Assembly (NCBI GenBank): GCA_964611185.1
Contig: CAZSXE010000004.1
Span: forward strand, 3,600-67,599
Length of the DNA: 64,000 nucleotides
Direction of reading: 5' to 3'
Source of the DNA: an uncultured Muribaculaceae bacterium
GTDB taxonomy: Bacteria > Bacteroidota > Bacteroidia > Bacteroidales > UBA932
Of this stretch, positions 53,715-61,525 are shown in pieces. The first letter of the stretch is position 1. Each line of letters begins with the position of its first letter. The notes below the pieces were generated by a model. It had not been told where the DNA came from. It saw only the letters and a program-made list of their open reading frames with translations, and searched no databases. The position numbers and the translations under genes are program-made.

Positions 53715-55067
53715 ATGCGAAATCGTGCATATATATACTATTTATTACTTATTATATCTGTTACAGGGGCAGTTTTGTCTTTGGTTTACAGTGAATATTT
53801 TTTAGCTGTTTTCGCTATATCGATTGTTATCATATCATCGATTCTCTTATTGAGAGAGTATAGGGTAAATTCGAGAAAGTTAACCTATATGCTCAAAGCT
53901 CTCGAAAATAATGATTCTTCTTTCCGATTTACAGATAAAGGGGGGGATATTTATAACGCTCTGTTCATAAATTCTCTTAATGAGATTAATGAAATTATTA
54001 CTGCTGAAAAATTGTCTGCAAGTGAAAAAGAAAAGTACTATGGATTAATCTTGGAAAATGTAATTACGGGAGTGGTATCTATTGATGAAAAAGGATATGT
54101 GATTCACTGCAATACTCGTGCTCTTAATTTATTGGGAGTAAGTGTATTGACACATATTTCTCAGTTAAAACGGATTGACGAAGATCTGTATAATGCATTT
54201 CTCTGCGAAGAGGATGATAAAGGGAAAATAGTATCTCTGTTTAATGAGAAAGGGAAAGTTAATCTTTCACTTCGCAGTTCCAATATTGTGCTTAGAGGTA
54301 AAAAAATTAGATTGTTGGTAATCAATGATATTGGCGAAGAATTGGAAACAAATGAGATAGAGGCTTGGACAAGGCTAATAAGGGTTCTTACACACGAAAT
54401 AATGAATACGGTAACACCTATATCTTCTCTTAGCGAGACACTTTCGATGATGTTGAAAAATGTTCCTGAGGGTGATGAAAAAAATATTTTCAGACTGTTG
54501 CCGGAGATTAAAAACGGACTTGAGGTGATTAATTTTTCTTCAAAAGGGCTCATTTCATTTGTCGATTCTTATAGAAATCTTACAAGAATACCAAATCCTG
54601 TATGTAAGCCTATAATCATAAAAGATTTCTTTAATAAAATTCTGATACTTATTAAGGATGATATTGGGAAAGCACATATTTCTCCCACCATCGAGCTAAG
54701 CAGCGAAGATATTATGATATATGCCGATGAAAATCTTATATCACAGGTAATTCTAAATCTTATAAAAAATGCCATATCAGCACTTGAGGAGAGGATGAAA
54801 ATGGAGGCAGATATGGTCCCTTTATTAAAGTTAAGGGCATCTATAGACAATATTACAGAGGATGTCATCCTCGAGGTGGTGAATAACGGTTCACCTATTT
54901 CCAAGGAGAATCAGGAACATATTTTTATCCCGTTTTTTACGACAAAAAGCAATGGAAACGGAATAGGACTGGCGATTTCACGCCAAATAATGAGAAAGCA
55001 CAACGGTTCGTTGAAATTAAAATCGTCGAATGAAAAAGAGACCTCATTCGTATTAATATTCAGATAA
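53715..55067 (+). CDS. sensor histidine kinase with two closely spaced TM helices, PAS, HisKA and HATPase domains
   Basis: 450 aa. TM1 at about 5-25 and TM2 at about 29-46, with a ~3-aa external loop. H-box LTHEIMNTVTPISSL. N and G boxes NLIKNAISA and GNGIGLAISRQI. Confidence 0.85.
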   Translation: MRNRAYIYYLLLIISVTGAVLSLVYSEYFLAVFAISIVIISSILLLREYRVNSRKLTYMLKALENNDSSFRFTDKGGDIYNALFINSLNEINEIITAEKLSASEKEKYYGLILENVITGVVSIDEKGYVIHCNTRALNLLGVSVLTHISQLKRIDEDLYNAFLCEEDDKGKIVSLFNEKGKVNLSLRSSNIVLRGKKIRLLVINDIGEELETNEIEAWTRLIRVLTHEIMNTVTPISSLSETLSMMLKNVPEGDEKNIFRLLPEIKNGLEVINFSSKGLISFVDSYRNLTRIPNPVCKPIIIKDFFNKILILIKDDIGKAHISPTIELSSEDIMIYADENLISQVILNLIKNAISALEERMKMEADMVPLLKLRASIDNITEDVILEVVNNGSPISKENQEHIFIPFFTTKSNGNGIGLAISRQIMRKHNGSLKLKSSNEKETSFVLIFR

Positions 55068-55069
55068 TA

Positions 55070-55145
55070 TGGAGCCTCTCATGGGACTCGAACCCACGAC
55101 CTGCTCATTACGAATGAGCTGCTCTACCAGCTGAGCTAAAGAGGC
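55070..55145 (-). tRNA. tRNA-Thr (anticodon CGU), CCA encoded
   Basis: Minus strand reads GCCTCTTTAGCTCAGCTGGTAGAGCAGCTCATTCGTAATGAGCAGGTCGTGGGTTCGAGTCCCATGAGAGGCTCCA. Cloverleaf folds with anticodon stem GCTCA/TGAGC and loop TTCGTAA. Confidence 0.9.
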
Positions 55146-55210
55146 CTTTTAGAAATGGCAAATGTATGAAATAATTCTATTTTTGAAGAAAAAAATAGTT
55201 ACTTTGTGAT

Positions 55211-56485
55211 ATGATTCAAATGGATGTCATAATTATAGGGGGAGGGGCAGCCGGACTGATGGCAGCTGCCCATCTTGTAAATAAAGGGGTTAAGGTGACT
55301 CTTCTTGAAAAGGGGGGGCAGTGTGGTAAGAAGATTCTTATTACCGGAAAAGGGAGATGTAATCTTACTAATTATGCTCAATGGCCCGATTTTTCTACCC
55401 ACATACATCCTGACAGTAATTTTTTTAAAACTGCTTTCTATAATTTTTCAAATTACGATACAATCGCTTTTTTTGAAAAGTGCGGTATGCCTGTGACTGT
55501 GGAGAGGGGAGGAAGGGTTTTCCCATCTTCTCTCAGGAGTGTCGATGTTAGGGATACTTTGCTTGATTTTATAAAAAAAGGTGGGATAGAAGTTTTGTGC
55601 AATAAAAATAGTGTTGGAATTCAAAAAAAAGATGACTCTTCTTTTACAGTGGTGGTGTATGATGAGTGCTCTTCTGAGGGTAATGATAAAACCATATTAT
55701 TTTCATCTCCGGTGCTTATATTGGCTACAGGTGGACTTTCATATCCATTGACCGGTTCTACCGGAGACGGGCTTGAATTTTCAAAAGCATTGTCTCACAC
55801 TATTGTAGATACCTTTCCGTCTCTGACTGCTTTAAAACCCGAATATAGGGATAATCGACTTGATGGACTCACATTAAATAATGTTAAACTTGAATTACTT
55901 GTCAATGGAAAGAGCGTACAATCGGAATTTGGAGAATTAACATTTACCGAAGGGGGAATTGAGGGGGCGTTAGGTTTCAGAGTGAGCAGAAAAGGGGTTA
56001 AGGCATTGCTTGAAAAGCAAAAAGTAGAGATTGAAATTGATTTAAAACCTGCTCTTTCCCTACAACAGCTTTCGCTACGAATTACGAGGGAAATATCCGA
56101 TTTGAGGGTTACATATAAAGGAGATAATAAGCGTAATCAGTTAAAAAAGGTGCTAAAAACTCTACTTCCATCACAGATGATTGACCCTTTTATCGATTCT
56201 AATGTGATTGGTGGCATATCTCTTGCGAATCTTCCTCTTTTGCTTAAAAGGTGGCATTTTAACATAGTAGGGTATGTCGGTTACGAAAGGGCTGTAATTA
56301 CAGCAGGGGGGGTGTCACTTGATGAAATATCAAGAAAAAATATGGAATCGAAGAGAGTGCCTCGTCTCTTTTTCGCAGGTGAGATTGTAAATCTGGATGG
56401 CGATACAGGTGGGTATAATTTGCAGATAGCCTTTTCTACAGGAGCTTTAGCAGCTAAAGGGGCTCTTGCCGAACTGAGAAGATGA
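55211..56485 (+). CDS. HI0933/BaiN-like FAD-dependent flavoprotein
   Basis: 424 aa. N-terminal DVIIIGGGAAGLMAAA dinucleotide-binding motif. C-terminal FFAGEIVNLDGDTGGYNLQ, typical of the TIGR00275 family by recall. Confidence 0.8.
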   Translation: MIQMDVIIIGGGAAGLMAAAHLVNKGVKVTLLEKGGQCGKKILITGKGRCNLTNYAQWPDFSTHIHPDSNFFKTAFYNFSNYDTIAFFEKCGMPVTVERGGRVFPSSLRSVDVRDTLLDFIKKGGIEVLCNKNSVGIQKKDDSSFTVVVYDECSSEGNDKTILFSSPVLILATGGLSYPLTGSTGDGLEFSKALSHTIVDTFPSLTALKPEYRDNRLDGLTLNNVKLELLVNGKSVQSEFGELTFTEGGIEGALGFRVSRKGVKALLEKQKVEIEIDLKPALSLQQLSLRITREISDLRVTYKGDNKRNQLKKVLKTLLPSQMIDPFIDSNVIGGISLANLPLLLKRWHFNIVGYVGYERAVITAGGVSLDEISRKNMESKRVPRLFFAGEIVNLDGDTGGYNLQIAFSTGALAAKGALAELRR

Positions 56486-56549
56486 AGAATGTTTTGATAA
56501 TTGAGTTATAGATGATAATTTTACTTTTTAATTAATATAACAGTATATA

Positions 56550-57314
56550 ATGGAATTAAATCTGAAAAATCCCATCCTTTTTTTCGACATTGAAAGTACG
56601 GGTTTAAATGTAGCAACTGACAGAATTGTGGAAATTTGTGCAGTAAAAGTAATGATTAACGGGGATCAGGAGGTTAAGACAAGAAGGATCAATCCGACTA
56701 TTCCTATCTCCGCTGAAGCACAGGCGGTGCATGGTATATCAAATGAAGATGTGAAGGATTGTCCTACATTTAACCAAATAGCCAAATCTTTTGCTCAATG
56801 GATGACAGGGTGCGATATTGCGGGATATAATTCTATAAAATTTGATATTCCTCTTCTTTCTGAAGAGTTTTTAAGGGCTGGAGTTGACTTTGATTTTAGA
56901 AAAAGGAGGATGATTGATGTTCAAAATATCTTTCACAAACTTGAACAGAGAACTCTTTCTGCTGCATATAAATTCTATTGTCATAAAAATTTGGATAATG
57001 CCCATTCTGCTGAGGCCGATACTGTGGCGACTTATGAAATTTTAAAAGCACAGCTTGACCATTATCCCGACGAGCTGAAAAACGATATGGATTTTCTTGC
57101 CGAATTTTCAACTAAAAACAGATTCGTTGATTATGCAGGGCGAATAATACTTAATGATAAAGATATTCCTATATTTAATTTCGGCAAGCACAAGGGTGTT
57201 CCGGTGGATCAGGTGTTGGAGCGTGAGCCGAGCTATTATGCGTGGATGATGAATGGTGACTTTACACTCGATACTAAAAAGAAATTGACAGAATTAAAAC
57301 TGAAAATCAAGTAA
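56550..57314 (+). CDS. DEDDh 3'-5' exonuclease (DnaQ/epsilon-like)
   Basis: 254 aa. Exo I FFDIESTG, Exo II AGYNSIKFDIPLL, Exo III HSAEADTVATYEIL. Has an extra ~70-aa C-terminal region. Confidence 0.85.
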   Translation: MELNLKNPILFFDIESTGLNVATDRIVEICAVKVMINGDQEVKTRRINPTIPISAEAQAVHGISNEDVKDCPTFNQIAKSFAQWMTGCDIAGYNSIKFDIPLLSEEFLRAGVDFDFRKRRMIDVQNIFHKLEQRTLSAAYKFYCHKNLDNAHSAEADTVATYEILKAQLDHYPDELKNDMDFLAEFSTKNRFVDYAGRIILNDKDIPIFNFGKHKGVPVDQVLEREPSYYAWMMNGDFTLDTKKKLTELKLKIK

Positions 57315-57871
57315 TGAATGTAATTGTCTCTCCATACGGACAGAAAGGTTTTTATTGTCGATCCGACTCCACTTTACTAAGAGCCATATCCGATTATTAT
57401 ATTCCTGATTATGTGCGGGAGCTCTCACTTTCACCTGTTTTTGTAATAAAGACAATGCGCTCCGGTAAGGCTATATCTGAAAAATTTGCGGCGAGATATA
57501 TAGACTCATCGTTGTTCGGAGTGCTGCTTCATCCTGTTATTGATGAAAAATATGGAGCAATGACCCCTTTTATGGAAAATTCTCTCGATTATACATCCAT
57601 AATTCCTCTTGATTCTTTCCCATTCAATGATGAGAATCTGAATAAGTATAAGTTTTCAGTAGAAATAGATTATGGAGAGTCAACTTTTGAAATCAAATCT
57701 ATAGAGAAAGAAACCGTCTTTGAAAAAATTAAAGAGATATCTCAATTTTGTTCTCTCAAAATAGGAGATTTCATCGTCTTTGATATGGCACCAAAAATAA
57801 AAATAAGTGCCGGAAGTAATATTCTCGGCACTTTAAATGGTGATAAATTACTCGAATTTAAAATCAGATGA
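57314..57871 (+). CDS. hypothetical protein, degenerate fumarylacetoacetate-hydrolase (FAH)-like fold
   Basis: 185 aa. Start overlaps the exonuclease stop (TAATG). IPDYVRELSLSPVFVIK...ARYIDSSLFGVLL and SLKIGDFIVFDMAP are collinear with the FAHD1-type P.Y...HELELGVV...YVGGY..LD and LEEGDIILTGTP as recalled, but the acidic metal ligands are replaced. Confidence 0.45.
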   Translation: MNVIVSPYGQKGFYCRSDSTLLRAISDYYIPDYVRELSLSPVFVIKTMRSGKAISEKFAARYIDSSLFGVLLHPVIDEKYGAMTPFMENSLDYTSIIPLDSFPFNDENLNKYKFSVEIDYGESTFEIKSIEKETVFEKIKEISQFCSLKIGDFIVFDMAPKIKISAGSNILGTLNGDKLLEFKIR

Positions 57872-59005
57872 TTATACGGGTATCCTGATTGGCATCAGAA
57901 GTGAGCATATATCTTCGTTTGAATTGGTCTGCTCGGCTGCAAGAATAAGCCCTGCACGAGTGGGATCGGATAATTCAAGACGAATATCTTCAAATGGGAG
58001 GTTACTCAGTATCTCTGCGAGGAATGTGGATTTAAATCCAATCTCCATCGGATCTCCTTCGTATTGGCAGCTGAGAGTCTCGTGTGCCGATATGGAGAAA
58101 CTAAGATCTTGAGCAGAAATAACAAGCTGGTTGTATGAAAGAGAGAGCTTGATATGAGAGGTAGCCTGATTTGAACATACTGCTACCCTTTTAACTCCGT
58201 TTAGCATAGATAATCTGCTGATAATTAGCTTGTTCGGATTATTTTTAGGAATTACGGAACGATATGCGGGATAATTACCCTCCACAAGTCTGCATATTAA
58301 AATATTGTTATCAAATTCAAAATAGGCATTTTTCTGGTCGAAAATAATCTTAATAGGGTCGTCAGTCTTGGGTAGGATGGTTTTTAAAATCGCAGCAGGC
58401 TTCTTGGGAAGGATGAAAGAGGATTTGTCGGAGGCTTTTACATCTTTTCTCGTATAGCAAACGAGCTTGTGCGAGTCAGATGCCACCATAGTAGTGGATT
58501 CGGGGCCCATGTCGAAGAAAATACCGTTCATTACAGGTCTTAGTTCTTCTTCCGCAGTGGCGTATAAAGTATTGTTAATGCCTGTGAGAAGAGTCTCTGC
58601 CGGCATATTGACTGAAATGGCACTCTCTTCAAGGGTAGGGAGAACCGGATAATCGTCAGCAGGGAAATAGGGGATTTGTGATGCTCCGCTCAGCCATTTG
58701 ATATTTAGAATAGATTCTTTATCTGAATCATTGGTGCTGAACTCAAGAGGTAAATCTGGAAATTCTTTAAGGGAGTCTGTCAGAAGCTTGGCAGGAACTG
58801 CAATCTCTCCCTCTTCCTTTACATCATCAATCGTAATTGTAGTTTTCAGTGTCATTTCGAGATCCGAAGCGGTAACTTCGAGAGAATTTCCATTCAGAAC
58901 GAATAGAAAATTATCAAGGATGGGGAGCGTGTTCTTATTCGAAATGACCCTTGATACGGAGAGTAGTCCGTGTAAAAGTTCTGAGCTTGATACTGTGAAT
59001 TTCAT
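57872..59005 (-). CDS. dnaN: DNA polymerase III subunit beta (sliding clamp)
   Basis: 377 aa. MKFTVSSSELLHGLLSVSRVISNKNTLPILDNFLF N-terminus and three-domain length. Confidence 0.95.
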   Translation of the reverse strand: MKFTVSSSELLHGLLSVSRVISNKNTLPILDNFLFVLNGNSLEVTASDLEMTLKTTITIDDVKEEGEIAVPAKLLTDSLKEFPDLPLEFSTNDSDKESILNIKWLSGASQIPYFPADDYPVLPTLEESAISVNMPAETLLTGINNTLYATAEEELRPVMNGIFFDMGPESTTMVASDSHKLVCYTRKDVKASDKSSFILPKKPAAILKTILPKTDDPIKIIFDQKNAYFEFDNNILICRLVEGNYPAYRSVIPKNNPNKLIISRLSMLNGVKRVAVCSNQATSHIKLSLSYNQLVISAQDLSFSISAHETLSCQYEGDPMEIGFKSTFLAEILSNLPFEDIRLELSDPTRAGLILAAEQTNSNEDICSLLMPIRIPV

Positions 59006-59117
59006 ATTAATTAATGTTAATGTTAATTTTTCTTTTTATCAGATTGCAAATATAAGAAAGTTTTGGCATATATTTTGAGTTTGCTAATGGAAATTTGTAC
59101 ATTTAATTAATACATAT

Positions 59118-60548
59118 ATGAAAAAGAATTTTCTAATTATTTTATTTGCAGCGTTGGTAGGAGGGGTTACAGCTTATGCTGTCGTTAAATCATCCCAAAA
59201 AGATTCTTCATCCGGTTATGTTTATTCAGATGATGCTCCTGTGGTCAAAAATGTTAATTTTACGGGAGAGTATCCTGATTTTACTTATGCTGCCGAAATG
59301 TCAGTCAAAGCGGTGGTATTCGTAAAAGTAGTTAAAAGAACTGAAGGGAATGAACTTCCCCCCTCGATTTTCGATTATTTCTTCGGTTATGGCGGAGGAC
59401 AGTCTGCTCCTCGTGAGCAGGTAGGAAGTGGTTCCGGTGTCATTATTACCAATGATGGTTATATTGTTACCAATAACCATGTCGTAGCAGGAGCAAGTGA
59501 GATAGAGGTGACGATGGATAACAATAAAACATTTAAAGCCGAATTGATAGGAACCGACCCGGCTACCGATGTCGCTCTAATAAAAGTGGATGCATCCAAT
59601 CTACCTACTATTCCTTACGGCAATTCGGATAAATTGCGCCTTGGCGAATGGGTTCTCGCTATCGGAAGCCCTTATGGCCTTACCTCTACTATCACGGCAG
59701 GGATTGTGAGTGCCAAAGGAAGATCTATGGCTAATACAGGAGAATTCAAAATTGAATCATTCATTCAGACAGATGCTGCCGTGAATCCCGGTAACAGTGG
59801 AGGGGCATTAGTTAATATTAAAGGAGAGCTTGTAGGTATTAATACTGCAATTATCTCTAATACAGGTTCTTATGCCGGATATTCATTTGCAGTTCCTGTA
59901 AATATTGTGAAGAAAATTACTAAGGATTTAATCGATTTTGGTAAAGTACAAAGGGCTATGCTCGGCATTTCGATGCAAAATATCTCTGAAGAGTTAATGA
60001 AAGATAAAAAATTACCCACTATGGAGGGTGTGTATGTGGCGGAAGTGGTGAAAGGGGGTGCTGCCGATAAGGCGGGAGTTAAGGCAGGTGATATTTTAAA
60101 ATCCATTAATGGAGAAAAGGTCGCTAACGGATCCGCTGTTCAGGAGAAAATAAATGCATTCAGACCGGGTGAATCGGTTAAATTGACTGTTATCCGTGAT
60201 AATCAGGAGAAAGAATTGACAGCTAAACTTATCGGGAAGGATACTCAGGAGCTTAATGCTTATAATAATCAGGATAAGATAAATCTATTCGGGGCGGAGC
60301 TTGTAGCGGCACCGAGAGAAGAGTTGGATAAACTTGAATTAAAATCGGGAGTGAAAGTGGTTTCTGTGGAAAAAGGAAAAGTAAAAGATGCAGGGATAAA
60401 ATCGGGATTTATAATTACATTCGTCAATAATGTAATAGTAACATCTCCCAATGATATCGCTGCGGTAGTAAAGAAATCCAAAAGGTCCATCCTTGTGGAG
60501 GGAGTTTATCCCGATGGTTCTGTTTTCTATTACGGAATAGGACTATAA
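59118..60548 (+). CDS. htrA: Do/HtrA-family serine endopeptidase with two PDZ domains
   Basis: 476 aa. N-terminal anchor. Catalytic triad contexts TNNHVV, DVALIK and GNSGGAL. Confidence 0.9.
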   Translation: MKKNFLIILFAALVGGVTAYAVVKSSQKDSSSGYVYSDDAPVVKNVNFTGEYPDFTYAAEMSVKAVVFVKVVKRTEGNELPPSIFDYFFGYGGGQSAPREQVGSGSGVIITNDGYIVTNNHVVAGASEIEVTMDNNKTFKAELIGTDPATDVALIKVDASNLPTIPYGNSDKLRLGEWVLAIGSPYGLTSTITAGIVSAKGRSMANTGEFKIESFIQTDAAVNPGNSGGALVNIKGELVGINTAIISNTGSYAGYSFAVPVNIVKKITKDLIDFGKVQRAMLGISMQNISEELMKDKKLPTMEGVYVAEVVKGGAADKAGVKAGDILKSINGEKVANGSAVQEKINAFRPGESVKLTVIRDNQEKELTAKLIGKDTQELNAYNNQDKINLFGAELVAAPREELDKLELKSGVKVVSVEKGKVKDAGIKSGFIITFVNNVIVTSPNDIAAVVKKSKRSILVEGVYPDGSVFYYGIGL

Positions 60549-60598
60549 AAAAGTGAAATAATAATTAAGGTTGCAAAGGTTGCATAATAAAAAAATGC

Positions 60599-60606
60599 TA
60601 TCTTTG
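60599..60606 (+). promoter_or_regulatory. -7 box (TATCTTTG) upstream of rpoD
   Basis: Matches TAnnTTTG, 17 nt upstream of ATG 60623. A 9-bp tandem direct repeat AAGGTTGCA x2 (60567-60584) supplies TTGC at about the -33 position. Confidence 0.45.
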
Positions 60607-60622
60607 CAGCCAATTTGTATAT

Positions 60623-61483
60623 ATGAGACAACTAAAGATAACAAAGTCGATTACCAACAGGGAAAGTGCATCTCTGGACAAGTATTTGCAAGAAATTGGT
60701 AGAGAGGAACTTATAACTGTTGAAGATGAAGTAGAATTGGCGCAGAGAATAAGAAAAGGGGATCAGAAAGCTCTCGAAAAACTTACTCGTGCCAATCTTC
60801 GTTTCGTAGTATCTGTTGCTAAACAGTATCAAAATCAGGGATTAAGCCTTCCCGACCTTATCAATGAGGGTAATTTGGGGTTGATAAAAGCTGCTGAGAA
60901 ATTTGATGAAACAAGAGGCTTTAAATTTATTTCTTATGCTGTATGGTGGATTCGTCAGTCGATTCTTCAAGCTCTTGCCGAGCAGTCAAGAATAGTAAGG
61001 CTTCCGCTTAATCAGGTAGGTTCGCTTAATAAAATCAATAAGGCTCTTTCCAAATTCGAGCAGGAAAACGAGCGTCAGCCTTCTCCAGACGAGTTGGCTG
61101 AAATTCTTGATATTCCCAGGGATAAAATTGTGGACACAATGAGGGTTTCCGGCAGGCATGTCTCTATGGATGCACCTTTTCAAGAGGGCGAAGATAACAG
61201 TCTGCTCGATGTTCTTCCTAATGAAGATTCTCCCATTGCGGATAGAGGACTTGTTAATGAATCTCTTAACAAGGAGATTGAGCGGGCACTCTGCACTCTA
61301 AATTCGAGAGAGCGTGACATCGTGAAAGATTTCTTCGGAATAGGTACTTCTGAAATGACACTTGAAGAAATTGGGGAAAAATTCGGTCTAACCCGTGAAA
61401 GGGTTCGACAAATCAAAGAAAAAGCCATTCGTAAGCTTAAACACAGCAATAGAAGTAAATTGCTGAAAAGCTACTTAGGATAA
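60623..61483 (+). CDS. rpoD: primary RNA polymerase sigma factor (Bacteroidota short RpoD)
   Basis: 286 aa. Region 2 ([38 protein letters not shown]), region 3 and region 4 ([26 protein letters not shown]). Confidence 0.95.
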   Translation: MRQLKITKSITNRESASLDKYLQEIGREELITVEDEVELAQRIRKGDQKALEKLTRANLRFVVSVAKQYQNQGLSLPDLINEGNLGLIKAAEKFDETRGFKFISYAVWWIRQSILQALAEQSRIVRLPLNQVGSLNKINKALSKFEQENERQPSPDELAEILDIPRDKIVDTMRVSGRHVSMDAPFQEGEDNSLLDVLPNEDSPIADRGLVNESLNKEIERALCTLNSRERDIVKDFFGIGTSEMTLEEIGEKFGLTRERVRQIKEKAIRKLKHSNRSKLLKSYLG

Positions 61484-61525
61484 TTTTATACCAATCGAAT
61501 ATTTATTTCTTTATATAATAGACTT

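Noticed and set aside
59064-59080. Sigma-54-like -24 element TGGCAT-N5-TTGA upstream of htrA
   Set aside because: The invariant GC of the -12 element is GA here, so it is not a credible sigma-54 promoter without experimental support.
57872-59117. dnaN as a possible marker of the replication origin
   Set aside because: dnaA is not adjacent. I could find no cluster of TTATCCACA-like DnaA boxes in the flanking intergenic regions. In Bacteroidota dnaN is commonly unlinked from oriC.
60567-60584. 9-bp tandem direct repeat AAGGTTGCA x2 upstream of rpoD
   Set aside because: Too short to count as a repeat element. It is most simply part of the rpoD promoter -33 region and is noted under that feature.
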